A DNA stretch of 64,000 nt, from the NCBI GenBank assembly GCA_052390235.1, contig JBQTHB010000003.1:192001-256000 (forward strand). Direction: 5' to 3'. Both the position numbers and the translations under genes were made by a program. This DNA is from Deltaproteobacteria bacterium. Its GTDB lineage: Bacteria; Desulfobacterota_D; UBA1144; Nemesobacterales; CSP1-2. Position 1 is the first letter of the stretch. The number at the start of each line of letters is the position of its first letter. The notes under the pieces were generated by a model that saw only the letters and a list, made by a program, of their open reading frames with translations, was not told where the DNA came from and ran no database searches. Positions 27,402-37,460 of this stretch are shown in pieces.

Positions 27402-28172
27402 TTAGTCCGCAGGAATGATGAAAAACCGCTCGCCTTCCCTTTTTACCTTGACCCTGATTTCATAGAGCGCCGATAGGGTATCCTCCCTCAGCACATCAGC
27501 CGGCGCTCCTTCGGCGAATACCAATCCCGATTTGAGCATCAGGATTTTATCAAACTCATACATTGCCGAGAAAATGTCGTGAGTCGCCGCAACGACCGAA
27601 ATCCCTTCGCGCTTGAGTGTTTTGAGGAGTCTCATTATCTCGGTCTTGTGCTTGGGGTCTAGGAACGTCGAAGGCTCGTCGAGTATCATCGCCCTTGGCT
27701 CTTGGGCTAGGGCGCGGGCTAGGGAGACGAGTTGTCTCTCGCCGCCGGAAATCTCCGTAACGAGCCGGTCTCGCAGATGCAGGATTCCCACGGTCTCCAG
27801 AGCGCGGGAGGCGATGCGAAAATCCCCCTCGCTCTCGAATTCAAATCTGCCGACATAGGGCGCGCGCCCCATTAAAACCACCTCGCCCACGGTGAAAGCG
27901 AAGGCGAAGGCGGAGGTCTGAGGGACGTAGGCGATGGATTTGGCAACCTCTCGCCTGCCGGTAATTCGGGCTTCCCTGCCGCCGTAGTAGAGCGTGCCTG
28001 CGGTGGGATTGAGTAGCCCGGAGAGGATTTTAAGCAGAGTGGATTTGCCCGCTCCGTTCGCTCCGAGAACCCCTATGACCTCTCCGCGCCTGGCGGCGAG
28101 GCTCACGCCTTCGAGCGCCCGCACTCCGCCGTAGCCAAAGTCAATTTTATCAGCCCTGATGATCTCTTCCAT
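27402..28172 (-). CDS. btuD: cobalamin/iron ABC transporter ATPase
   Basis: GANGAGKST, ISGGERQ, LDEP, HD. Confidence 0.9.
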   Translation of the reverse strand: MEEIIRADKIDFGYGGVRALEGVSLAARRGEVIGVLGANGAGKSTLLKILSGLLNPTAGTLYYGGREARITGRREVAKSIAYVPQTSAFAFAFTVGEVVLMGRAPYVGRFEFESEGDFRIASRALETVGILHLRDRLVTEISGGERQLVSLARALAQEPRAMILDEPSTFLDPKHKTEIMRLLKTLKREGISVVAATHDIFSAMYEFDKILMLKSGLVFAEGAPADVLREDTLSALYEIRVKVKREGERFFIIPAD

Positions 28173-28190
28173 GTAATAGGCAAAAAGGGG

Positions 28191-28275
28191 AGTTTTTAGT
28201 AGCCAGTTTTTAGTGGCCAGTTTTTAGTCTAAAGCTAGAAACCAATAATTTTTCCACTCGCTGAAGTTCCCCGCA
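28191..28275. repeat. 14-bp tandem repeat (AGTTTTTAGTRGCC, ~3 copies) plus dispersed repeat shared with 34651-34715
   Basis: Direct inspection; TAGAARCCAATAATTT...TCCAYTCGC at both loci. Confidence 0.5.
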
Positions 28276-28300
28276 ATTCTCGCGGCAGGGGAAATTGCTA

Positions 28301-29233
28301 CTATCGCTTTTTCGTCGTCTGGATCTCGCCGCCGGATTTATCGCCAGCTTCGGGATGCAGAATCTCAGCCAACATCCTCGCCCCTTCGGTAATTCTCTGG
28401 CTCGGATGCAGCAGTGAGGCGCTTCGGACGACGTGGACGCGCCCGTTTTTTACGGCGGCAACCTGCGTAAGGGCGCTCCATACGGCTACGACCTCGGCGG
28501 TTTTATCGGGCTTCTCGTGGTTGACCTCTATTATAAAATCGGGGTTTAGAGATAGCGCCGACTCCCTCGAAATTTTGACGGCAAGCGCCTTGGTCTCGAT
28601 GACGTTCCTCCCCCCCGCAATGGTGATAAGCTCGTCAATATAGCTCCCCCTGCCGATGACATAAATATCCTCAAGCGTTCCCGGATTCCTCCCGACGACA
28701 AAAAGCGCTCGGCGCGGCTTCCTATTTAATACCGCCGCCCTGACCGCTTCGATTTCTTCTTCCACGCTCCGGGCAAGGGCTAGGGCCTGTCGCTCTCGTC
28801 CCAGAGCGCGCCCTATAGCGAGAATCGAGTCGAGAATATCTCGAACTGAGTCGTTCCCCTCGACCGACAGAGTGTTGAGGCGAATCCTCCTGAGCTTATC
28901 GCCGAAAATTTGATTCTGCGTGTCTGTCATCACGACCAAATCGGGTTTCAGGGCAAATATCGCCTCGATGTTCGGGTCAACCCATCCGCCTACTTTGGGT
29001 AGTGTTGCCGCCTCCGGGGGGAAATCCGCGTATAGAGTAACGCCGACGACCCTCGCCCACGCGCCTACGCCATAGATTATCTCAGTCGTGCTTGGCGAAA
29101 GCGATACGATTCGCTTCGGGAAATCCACCGCCTCAGACGGACTCAGCAATAAAATCAGACACGCCACAGTTGCGGCGAAAATCCCCTTTCGATACGGGCA
29201 ATGAGCGGTATTGGAATATCGGCTATGAATCAT
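28301..29233 (-). CDS. btuF: cobalamin ABC transporter periplasmic binding protein
   Basis: RIVSLSPSTTE, VVGV...DFP, PNIEAI..LKPDLV, AGGRN. Confidence 0.88.
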   Translation of the reverse strand: MIHSRYSNTAHCPYRKGIFAATVACLILLLSPSEAVDFPKRIVSLSPSTTEIIYGVGAWARVVGVTLYADFPPEAATLPKVGGWVDPNIEAIFALKPDLVVMTDTQNQIFGDKLRRIRLNTLSVEGNDSVRDILDSILAIGRALGRERQALALARSVEEEIEAVRAAVLNRKPRRALFVVGRNPGTLEDIYVIGRGSYIDELITIAGGRNVIETKALAVKISRESALSLNPDFIIEVNHEKPDKTAEVVAVWSALTQVAAVKNGRVHVVRSASLLHPSQRITEGARMLAEILHPEAGDKSGGEIQTTKKR

Positions 29234-30174
29234 CCGAGCGATGCCTCAAGGTGCATATAATTTCTCAGATTAATCACGGCGTTGGCAGGGAGGTCATAAG
29301 AGGAGAGCTCGGGGTGGATGATTTTGCTCAGAATCCCAAGCCCGTCAACCACTCTTGGTCCCGGTCTTGAGAAATATGAATTGGCGTCAACCAGATAGAC
29401 ATGACCCCGTCTTACGGCAGGAAGCCTGTGCCAAACGGGGTTTGAGGTGAGGGTGTCTATCTCGGCAAGCGTCTTTTCGATGTCAAACCCGCACGGCATG
29501 ACGACTATCATCTGAGGGGCATATTCCAGAACCTGCTCCCAGGTGATTTTATAGGACGGCTTCGAGGCGACGGCGAGTCCGCACTCGCCGCCTGCAATTT
29601 GTATCATCTCCGGCACCCAATGCCCGCCGACGTAGAGCGGACAAAGCCACTCTATTGCAAGAACGCGGGGGCGGTCTCTCTCGTCGGCAAAAGTGGATTT
29701 CACACGCCCGATTTTTGAGCGGAGGTCGGATACGAGTTCCCCAGCCTTTGCCGCTTTTCCCGTGGCATCCCCTACGGCGATAATCGAAGCTAGGATTTCG
29801 TCCAGATTCCGAGGCTCGAGGGATAAAATCCGAGGCTCTGCGCCGAGAACCGCCGCCGCGCCCCTTACGGCATCGCCTGAAACGGCGCATACCTCGCACA
29901 GCCCCTGAGTGATTATTAGGTCGGGCGAGGCTTCCCTCAGAGCGTCTTCTTGGACTATGTAGGTACTTTTGCCGGCTTTGTAGTTCTCGGCGACGATTCT
30001 GTCAATCTCCGCGCTCCGAAGCTCTTCGGGGCTTATGAGGCTTCCAATCACCCTCGATTTGGCGGCGGCTTCAGGCGGGAAATCGCACTCATGCGTAACC
30101 CCGACTAGGCTCTCGCCAAGCCCAAGGGCATAGAGGATTTCCGTCGCGCTTGGAAGAAACGAACATATTCTCAT
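29230..30174 (-). CDS. second cobalamin-binding / helical-backbone receptor protein, no signal peptide
   Basis: MRICSFLPSATEI, GVTHECDFP, TQGLCEVCAV, GHWVPEM, FSRPGPR. Confidence 0.88.
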   Translation of the reverse strand: MRICSFLPSATEILYALGLGESLVGVTHECDFPPEAAAKSRVIGSLISPEELRSAEIDRIVAENYKAGKSTYIVQEDALREASPDLIITQGLCEVCAVSGDAVRGAAAVLGAEPRILSLEPRNLDEILASIIAVGDATGKAAKAGELVSDLRSKIGRVKSTFADERDRPRVLAIEWLCPLYVGGHWVPEMIQIAGGECGLAVASKPSYKITWEQVLEYAPQMIVVMPCGFDIEKTLAEIDTLTSNPVWHRLPAVRRGHVYLVDANSYFSRPGPRVVDGLGILSKIIHPELSSYDLPANAVINLRNYMHLEASLG

Positions 30175-30264
30175 AGTTTTGAACCTCCCCTTATTTTAGA
30201 GGAAGATAATATCAGAAAAGCCGTGGTTATGTGGATACCGGCAGCGGCTTAAGACCACTAAAAA

Positions 30265-32262
30265 CTATATCCCAAACGACACGCCCGCGATAAAATTGAA
30301 CTCCGGTGCGGTGAATCCGAACACCTCTTCGTAGCTCTCGCCAAGCACGTTCTGCGCCCTTATGAAAACCATCGGCTTGCGGAGATAGTAGAGCGTAGGC
30401 GCAATTTCATAGGAAGCGGCGGCATCGAGCCTAAAATAGCTATCGAGCGCAACCCTGCTCGAGGGGAAATCTCTGAAGTCTAGGTCTTCCCTCCTGCCGA
30501 TGAAAGTCCCGTTGAGGTTTAAGTTAAGCCCGCCGCACAGATAATTCGCCCCAACCGAGAACGTGTGCTTCGGTCTTCTAACCAGCTCGCCGCCGTTGAA
30601 AAAATCCGCTCCCGGCGCGCCAACCCCGCCGTCGTCCGTAACCTCGGTGTCGAGATACGCATAATTCGCCCGTAGCACGAGTCCGTCGAGGGGTCTTAGA
30701 GCGGCGCCAACCTCTACGCCCTTCGCCTCGGCTTCTTGAATATTTTCGTAGCTCGTGCCATTGGGAAACCCGGCGAAGCTAAACGCGATGAGGTTCTCGA
30801 ATTCGTTCCAAAACACCGTTGCGTTCAGCTCCAGCATCCCCCCGAATAGATTTTGGTCAACGCCCGCTTCCCAGCTTATGGACTCCTCAGGGCTGAGGTC
30901 AGGGTTTCCGGTAACGAACTCGCCAAGTCCGAAAATTTCGATAATTGTCGGCTCTTTTATCCCCCGCCCGGCTCCGGCTCTGAGCTTCGTTCCCGTCTCC
31001 CTTAGTAGGTAGGCAATTGACCCGCGCGGGCTAATCTCCGCGCCGAAATTCTCATTATTGTCAACCCTAAGTCCTGCGGTGATGAAAAGCCGCTCGAAGA
31101 ACGCCGCCTGTTTTTGGAAATAGAAGGCGAAATTGTCCCTCGTTTCACTGAATCCCGACGCGCCAAAAGAGCTACTGGAGCTTTGGTCTCCCTCCTCGTT
31201 TTCGTACTCGAAGCCGAGCGTGGCAACCCCTCTAATGTCCTCGGTCAGCCTCAGGGAAACGTTGGTGTGATAGTCGATGGAGAACCTCGTTTCGTCGGTT
31301 TTGGTTGTGCTTGGGCTATCGGAATCGAAAAAGGTAACATCGGGATTCGGATTGTCTCTTGAGAACATATCCCTGTCGTGGATGCCGATGAGAAGCAGAT
31401 GCTCCCACCAGGAGGTCGGCGCGAATGAGATGCTCGCCCCGAGAGTCAAATCATCAACCTCGTTGAATTGGTCGGGGTCTAGCGGGGCGAATTTATCCCC
31501 CAAAAACTCAGTGGGAAACTCCGAGCGGGAATCGTTGTAGCGAGCCGTAAAAAGTATCTCCAAAACGCTGAGAGGAGAGAAGTTGAGCGCGCCTGAGAAG
31601 GTATTATTCGTGAATTCGTTATTGATGCCGAAGATGCCGTTATCGTCAATTCTGCCGTAGGCAAGGGAGTAGCCGTAGCCATTGCCGCCGCCCCGAACAG
31701 ACGCCCCGTACTCCTGCTGGAGATTGCCGCCTGATTCCTTGCGCGCTCCCAAAGCCGCCGACACGCCTAAAGAGGGTTTTCCACTGCCGCGCTTGGTGAT
31801 GATATTTATGACCGAGGTTACGGCATCCGAGCCGTAAATCGCCGAGTGAGGGCCTTTGACAATCTCGATTTTCTCAACGTTGTCTAGGGTGAGGCGCGAG
31901 AAATCGAAACTGCCGCCGATATCGTTTACCTGGACGCCGTCAATGAGAACGAGGTTGAAATTGCTCTCGCCGCCCCTCGCGAAAAGCGAGGTCAACGAGC
32001 CGCGGCTTCCCGACTGAACTATGGTGAATCCGGCGATGTCCCGCAGGAGTTCAAGCACGTCAGATGCCTGTCTGCGCTGGATGTCCTCTTGGGTGATTAT
32101 CTCAACGGACGCGCCAAGCTCGCTGAGCGGGGTGAGGATTTTCGTCGCGCTGACGAACACCGGGTCTAACTCATCGGATTTGCCGCCGTCCGCGCCTTCC
32201 TCGGCAGCAGATGGGGAAATCATGGAAACCAGCAACAGAAAAGCACAGAATATACGCTTCAT
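30265..32262 (-). CDS. btuB: TonB-dependent cobalamin receptor
   Basis: Signal peptide, plug motifs (RGG, VLIDG, IEIVKGP.SAIYGSDA..VINIITK), GNPDL.PE; downstream of B12 riboswitch. Confidence 0.92.
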   Translation of the reverse strand: MKRIFCAFLLLVSMISPSAAEEGADGGKSDELDPVFVSATKILTPLSELGASVEIITQEDIQRRQASDVLELLRDIAGFTIVQSGSRGSLTSLFARGGESNFNLVLIDGVQVNDIGGSFDFSRLTLDNVEKIEIVKGPHSAIYGSDAVTSVINIITKRGSGKPSLGVSAALGARKESGGNLQQEYGASVRGGGNGYGYSLAYGRIDDNGIFGINNEFTNNTFSGALNFSPLSVLEILFTARYNDSRSEFPTEFLGDKFAPLDPDQFNEVDDLTLGASISFAPTSWWEHLLLIGIHDRDMFSRDNPNPDVTFFDSDSPSTTKTDETRFSIDYHTNVSLRLTEDIRGVATLGFEYENEEGDQSSSSSFGASGFSETRDNFAFYFQKQAAFFERLFITAGLRVDNNENFGAEISPRGSIAYLLRETGTKLRAGAGRGIKEPTIIEIFGLGEFVTGNPDLSPEESISWEAGVDQNLFGGMLELNATVFWNEFENLIAFSFAGFPNGTSYENIQEAEAKGVEVGAALRPLDGLVLRANYAYLDTEVTDDGGVGAPGADFFNGGELVRRPKHTFSVGANYLCGGLNLNLNGTFIGRREDLDFRDFPSSRVALDSYFRLDAAASYEIAPTLYYLRKPMVFIRAQNVLGESYEEVFGFTAPEFNFIAGVSFGI

Positions 32263-32499
32263 CGCTCTTTATGTCCTCCTATTGGATTTTCAAATCGAGA
32301 AATCTTCGGAACAGAGCGCGGAAGCGTAGCCAAGCAAAACTCCCCTAAAACCGGAAATTGCAGATAAATAGCCGGCTTTAGAGTCTGAGACGGATAATTT
32401 GTAGCATGAATCCCGCATCCGAAAATAGGCGCAGGACGGGTTTTGGACGGACGCATTTTTACGCTTTCTCTCCCTCGAAGAAAGTGATAATTAAGTTTC

Positions 32500-32670
32500 A
32501 AGGCAGGTCTTCTGGCTCGTAGCGCTCTCTGTCCGCGCCTTCCCGGAGCGTTGATGGCTCCAGTGGCGTTTTCATCGAAGAGAGAATCAAAAGCTACTCA
32601 CAGCAGCGGGGCTGCGACGGTGTTTCACCGCACTTCCCTATTAAGCCCTTTGGGGGCGCCCGTGAAATTT
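32500..32670 (-). ncRNA. cobalamin (B12) riboswitch
   Basis: Minus strand AATAGGGAA-GTGCGGTGAAACACCG-CAGCCCCGCTGCTGT...GCCACTG...GGGAAGGC...GAGCCAGAAGACCTGCC (B12 box), upstream of btuB. Confidence 0.95.
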
Positions 32671-32794
32671 TAATTTGTAAAAGAACTGTCTAAATCGAAA
32701 GTTAATATAACTCTACCCAGAGCGCCGTGTCAAGTAATAGCCGCAGCGAGGCTACTGCCAGAGGCGGCAGATTTGCCTTTTCATCGGCAACGGC

Positions 32795-32880
32795 GCGCCT
32801 CGACTCCGCTCGGTATGAAGGGTTTGAAATGAGCGCGTTCGTTCTGAGCGATTCAGCAAGCTCAGGATAAACTACCTCGC
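32795..32880. repeat. REP-like intergenic element (inverted copy of the 26344 element)
   Basis: CCTCGACTCCGCTCGG; CTGAGC...GCTCAG palindrome. Confidence 0.65.
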
Positions 32881-32919
32881 GCAATGGCGGCTCATTACTC
32901 ATCGCCGCATCCTGAGGGG

Positions 32920-33639
32920 TCAGCGTCCGAGATAGCAGTCCTTGACGCGCTCATCGCCGAGCAGGGTATTAGCGTCCCCTTCGAGAGCTATCTGTCCGCT
33001 CTCCAGCACATAGGCGTAGTCAGCCATCTGAAGGGCGGCTTTGGCGTTCTGCTCTATCATCAGAACAGTAGTGCCGCCCCTGTGAATCTCGAGAATTTTC
33101 TCAAAGAGCGCGAAAGTGATTTTAGGCGCAAGCCCAAGCGAAGGCTCGTCGAGCATAAGCAGTGTCGGTTTTCCCATCAGCGCGCGCCCGACGGCAAGCA
33201 TCTGCTGCTCGCCCCCCGAAAGCGTGCCTCCAAGCTGGCTGAGCCTCTCGCCAAGCCTCGGAAATAGCGAAAGCACATAGCCGAAACTCTCGGCGGCGTC
33301 GGGGCTAGAGCCTCTGGCGAAAGTTCCGATAATTAAATTTTCCCTCACCGTGAGATTCGGAAATATTTTTCTGCCCTCGGGAACCATGATAATCCCCATT
33401 CTCGCCACTTCGTGCGCCGGTTTGTTGGTTATATCCCGATTTTGAAACATAACACGCCCCTCCCGCGGGGGAATAAGCCCCGACACAGCTCGAAGGGAGG
33501 TGGTTTTACCAGCGCCGTTCGCCCCGACGAGGGTTACGATTTTGCCCTTCGGCACGGAAAATGACACCCCTCTTAGGGCGTGGATGCTTCCGTAGAAAAC
33601 ATGTAAATTCTCAACCGCCAGAAGTGGGGGATTTTCCAT
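32920..33639 (-). CDS. livF: branched-chain amino acid ABC ATPase
   Basis: GANGAGKTT, VPEGR.IF, LSGGEQQMLA, DEPSLGLAP, EQN. Confidence 0.95.
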   Translation of the reverse strand: MENPPLLAVENLHVFYGSIHALRGVSFSVPKGKIVTLVGANGAGKTTSLRAVSGLIPPREGRVMFQNRDITNKPAHEVARMGIIMVPEGRKIFPNLTVRENLIIGTFARGSSPDAAESFGYVLSLFPRLGERLSQLGGTLSGGEQQMLAVGRALMGKPTLLMLDEPSLGLAPKITFALFEKILEIHRGGTTVLMIEQNAKAALQMADYAYVLESGQIALEGDANTLLGDERVKDCYLGR

Positions 33640-33829
33640 AACTCGTTCCCAATTAATTTTTTACCGCAAACACTCTGGGGCGCGGCAGTGCAAGATGGAT
33701 AGGACTCCTCGACCCCAGATTGGAATGAGAAGCAGGCGCTTGGGCAGAGCGAGTACAGACTTGGCAGTATCTGTCATACTGCGAGAAATCCTATCACGAT
33801 ATTTCGTCTCAGGCGCTTCAAATCCCGCA

Positions 33830-34606
33830 TTACAAATCCTGACTCTCCTCGCCCAGGTACGCCTCAATCACAACGTCGTTGTTTTGAATCTCCGTGGGCG
33901 TCCCCTCGGCGATTTTCCGCCCGTACTCAAGCACCGTAATCTTATCGCAAATTCCCATGACCACGCGCATATCGTGTTCGATGAGCAGAATGGTCAAATC
34001 GAGGCTGTCGCGGATTTCGCGGATAAATCTCATGAGGTCTTCTTTTTCGCTCGGATTCATGCCCGCGGCGGGTTCGTCGAGGAGCAGGAGTTTCGGGCGC
34101 GCGGCGAGGGCGCGGGCGATTTCAAGCCTCCGCTGAAGCCCGTAGGGAAGGGAGGCGGCTTTTTTGTTTACGCACTCGGCAAGTCCGGTTTTTTCAAGTA
34201 GCGCTAGGGTTTTTTCATGTATCTGCCGCTCCTCGCGCCTGGTCGATGGGAGGCGGAATATCGCACTGAAAATCGAGGCTCTAAAGCTCGTGTGAAACCC
34301 TATCAGAACGTTTTCGACAACGCTGAGGTCGCCGAAGAGTTTTATGTTCTGAAACGTCCTCGCAACGCCGAGAGCTGTAATTTCGTGGGGATTGAGGCGA
34401 GCTATGGGTCTGCCAAGAAAATTAATATTGCCCTCCGATGGGCGAAGGAAACCGGAAACCGTGTTGAATACCGTGGTCTTGCCCGCGCCGTTTGGGCCTA
34501 TGAGACCCCTTATCGTCTCCCCCTCAATTGTCAAATTGAGCGCCGAAACCGCTTTGAGGGCATGAAAGCTCACGGTCAGATTTTCAATTGCCAAGATGTT
34601 TGCCAT
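33830..34606 (-). CDS. livG: branched-chain amino acid ABC ATPase
   Basis: GPNGAGKTT, RTFQNI.LF, LPYG.QRRLEIARAL, DEPAAGMN, EHDM. Confidence 0.95.
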   Translation of the reverse strand: MANILAIENLTVSFHALKAVSALNLTIEGETIRGLIGPNGAGKTTVFNTVSGFLRPSEGNINFLGRPIARLNPHEITALGVARTFQNIKLFGDLSVVENVLIGFHTSFRASIFSAIFRLPSTRREERQIHEKTLALLEKTGLAECVNKKAASLPYGLQRRLEIARALAARPKLLLLDEPAAGMNPSEKEDLMRFIREIRDSLDLTILLIEHDMRVVMGICDKITVLEYGRKIAEGTPTEIQNNDVVIEAYLGEESQDL

Positions 34607-34749
34607 AGTTACCCAGCTATGCCTTTTGCCGCGAATGGCGCGAAAAATGACGGTTTTTAGTTTCTAGTTTGAGATTAGAAGCCAATAATTTCTTCCATTC
34701 GCGTGAATTTGCGCTAATCCCGTGGTTGCCGCCGCATTTCACCCCTGCG

Positions 34750-35796
34750 TCATGCCCCCTGCCGCCGCCTGAATTTTGCGAAAAGCGCGTCCCAAGAGAA
34801 TTCCCATCTGCCCGTAATTCCTCTTCTGAAAAACAGCATCGTAATAATTAGGATGAGGGAAAATATCACCATGCGCATTCCGGGAATTGCCGGAACATCC
34901 AATCCCGCAATTTGATGCGGCTCTTCAAACCAGCGCAGAAGCTCCGACCCCCAGGCGAAAACCACAGCCCCGACTACTGCGCCTGTCATACTCCCAAGCC
35001 CGCCTGCCACAATCATTATGAGCAGGTTAAACGTGAGCAGAAACGTAAACAGCTTCGGGTCTATCGTCGTGAGCAGGTGAGCCAGAAGCCCCCCGCCTAT
35101 TCCCTGAAAAAACGCGCTTACAACAAACGCCGTCATTTTGCAGCGAAACACGTTGATTCCCATAGCCTGAGCCGCCGCCTCATCCTCCCTGACGGCTTTC
35201 ATAGCCCTACCGAAGCGGCTCTGGACAATCCCCACAAGGCAGAACACCGTAAGTGCCGCAAATCCCCAACTCCACCAAATGTCGGTATATTGGGCGATTC
35301 CCTTAAGCCCCAGCGAGCCATTTGTGATGGAAGTGGCGTTCGTGGCAAACACCCGGATTATCTCCCCGAATCCAAGCGTTACGATGGCGAGATAATCCCC
35401 CCTTACGCGAAACACCGGAAAGGCTATTAGAAAAGCAAAAATAGACGACACCGCTCCGGCGCACAGCAGTGAGGGGAGAAATGGCAGAGAGATTTTATCG
35501 AGCGGAGAGACGATGGGGTCAATAATGAACGTTATCTCTTTCTCGCCTGGCGTGAGGGTGAGAAGAGCCGCCGTGTAAGCCCCGATAGCCATAAACGCGT
35601 TGGGTCCGAGAGAGAACTGCCCCGTAACCCCGTTTACGAGATTGTAGCTCGTCGAGAGGATGACGTAGATAGCCGTGATGTTGAGAATCTGGATAAAATA
35701 GGGCGAGGCTGAGGAATCCGCCCACCCGAGAAACGCGGCAACGGCAAGGAGGCAGAGCAAGGTGGCAAGAGGTTTCGTCCAATTCTCTCGGTTCAT
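34750..35796 (-). CDS. livM: branched-chain amino acid ABC permease
   Basis: GQFSLG, RGDYLAIVTLGFGEI, GRAMKAVREDE.AA, GGLGS. Confidence 0.94.
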   Translation of the reverse strand: MNRENWTKPLATLLCLLAVAAFLGWADSSASPYFIQILNITAIYVILSTSYNLVNGVTGQFSLGPNAFMAIGAYTAALLTLTPGEKEITFIIDPIVSPLDKISLPFLPSLLCAGAVSSIFAFLIAFPVFRVRGDYLAIVTLGFGEIIRVFATNATSITNGSLGLKGIAQYTDIWWSWGFAALTVFCLVGIVQSRFGRAMKAVREDEAAAQAMGINVFRCKMTAFVVSAFFQGIGGGLLAHLLTTIDPKLFTFLLTFNLLIMIVAGGLGSMTGAVVGAVVFAWGSELLRWFEEPHQIAGLDVPAIPGMRMVIFSLILIITMLFFRRGITGRWEFSWDALFAKFRRRQGA

Positions 35797-35805
35797 CGTT
35801 CGCGC

Positions 35806-36711
35806 TCAGTCCGGCAGTTTTTCTCCCATAATGCCGCCGGGTCTGGCGAGCAGTATGAATATCAGGATGAAAAACGCTATTGCGTCCCTGTAGCCGGCGT
35901 AATCCGGCAGTAGGGCGACAAAAAATATCTCGATAAATCCTAGCAGAAGCCCGCCCAAAGCCGCTCCTGCCACGTTTCCGATTCCCCCCAGCACGGCCGC
36001 CGTGAAAGCCTTTATCCCCGGCATAATCCCCATTAGAGGGTTTATCTGCGGATACCTCATGGCGAGCATCACCCCTCCCACAGCGGCAAGAGCCGAGCCA
36101 ACGACGAAGGTGAGCGATATTACGCGGTTTACGTCAATTCCCATGAGTTTTGGGGTTTCCACGTCGCGCGAGATAGCCCTCATGGCTATACCCGACTTCG
36201 TGCGATAGACCAGATAAAAGAGGGCGGCAAGGGATAGCAGGGTTATAAGCGGTATCCACAGCCCGAGTATCGGCACTGACACATCGCCGAGATAATAAAT
36301 CCTCTCGAACGGCTCAGGCACGGGAAACCCCTTGGGTCTGCCCCCGAAGACGACGAGACCGAGATTCTCCAAAAAAAACGAGACCCCTATCGCCGTCATG
36401 AGAACCGATATTTTTGGGAAACTCCTAAGCGGCCTATACGCCAGCCGCTCGATGAGAAATCCAAGGAGCGCGGTGAGAAAAATTGCCACTGCGAATGCGG
36501 CGTACCACGGCATCGGCATAACCGACAATCCGACGAGCGAAAAGCCGGTTATTAGGAAAAACCCGAAGTACGCTCCCATCATCATAACGTCGCCGTGAGC
36601 GAAATTTATGAGCCTCAGCACACCATAGACCATTGTGTAGCCGATGGCGATAAGGGCGTAGAGACTCCCCAGGGATACGCCGTTTATAATCTGCTGGAGG
36701 AGCGCTTCCAT
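35806..36711 (-). CDS. livH: branched-chain amino acid ABC permease
   Basis: YALIAIGYTMVYG.L.LINFAHG, KAF.AAVLGGIG, RP.G. Confidence 0.95.
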   Translation of the reverse strand: MEALLQQIINGVSLGSLYALIAIGYTMVYGVLRLINFAHGDVMMMGAYFGFFLITGFSLVGLSVMPMPWYAAFAVAIFLTALLGFLIERLAYRPLRSFPKISVLMTAIGVSFFLENLGLVVFGGRPKGFPVPEPFERIYYLGDVSVPILGLWIPLITLLSLAALFYLVYRTKSGIAMRAISRDVETPKLMGIDVNRVISLTFVVGSALAAVGGVMLAMRYPQINPLMGIMPGIKAFTAAVLGGIGNVAGAALGGLLLGFIEIFFVALLPDYAGYRDAIAFFILIFILLARPGGIMGEKLPD

Positions 36712-36791
36712 GTTAGGAAAGTGAAATTAACTCAATACGCGCCAGAAATCAATTCATCCGAGGAGCTGGCTGAAAAATTGAGGGCAGGGTA

Positions 36792-37142
36792 TTACGAAAT
36801 ACCGCCGCCGAGCTGATTTACTCCGAGGGTTTTATGCCTGTAGAATCGCTCAAGTTGGCTCTGGGCGCGGCTTGTGAATTTAATTCCCATCGTCAGGAGC
36901 ATTCCGGGAAGATACGGCGAAGTCCACGCCACAACGCCTTCGAGATTAAGCGTGCCGTCTTCCATAAAAATATTCACCACAACCTCAGCGCCGGGAATTA
37001 AAGCCCTGTAAGATTTTATGCCGACGCCGCCTTCAGAGAGGTTAAAAGCATATCCGGGCAACATAATCCCTTGGGACGGGGCGCCGAACTTAACCCTCTT
37101 TCTAAAGGGAATTCGCTTTGACGCTCTGCGATTTTCAAGCAT
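36792..37142 (-). CDS. PilZ domain protein
   Basis: RRASKR (RxxxR) and NLSEGG (D/NxSxxG), GxVxW, GIKF. Confidence 0.88.
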   Translation of the reverse strand: MLENRRASKRIPFRKRVKFGAPSQGIMLPGYAFNLSEGGVGIKSYRALIPGAEVVVNIFMEDGTLNLEGVVAWTSPYLPGMLLTMGIKFTSRAQSQLERFYRHKTLGVNQLGGGIS

Positions 37143-37460
37143 GATAGCCCCCACGCGCAGTCGGGATACATTTTCACCTAAGCCCGCCGGATACGCGCGG
37201 ACTTATGAAGCTAGGATAATATTTTTTTTCAGATGCCGCAAGGGTACAGTATTCAAGGCGGAGCGAAAAATCTCGGCGAGATTCCTCGCTTCACGTTCGA
37301 GGCGGCTCACCGGGAGATGCCATTTGTCATGCCAAGCCGCTTTCGAGAGGGTCAGCGCAAACTCCGGCAGCGGTGTTATCCTTGCATCTCGCGTCCTGAG
37401 TCTTGGAATCCCGCGTTTCTCGAATACAATACCTCAACCCAACTATATACGGAGCGGCGT

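Noticed and set aside
26344..32830. Composite transposon
   Set aside because: No transposase or target-site duplication; the repeats look REP-like. Kept only as a low-level finding.
37233..37460. 76-aa N-terminal extension of PrmA
   Set aside because: Not PrmA-like; a GGAG RBS supports ATG 37461.
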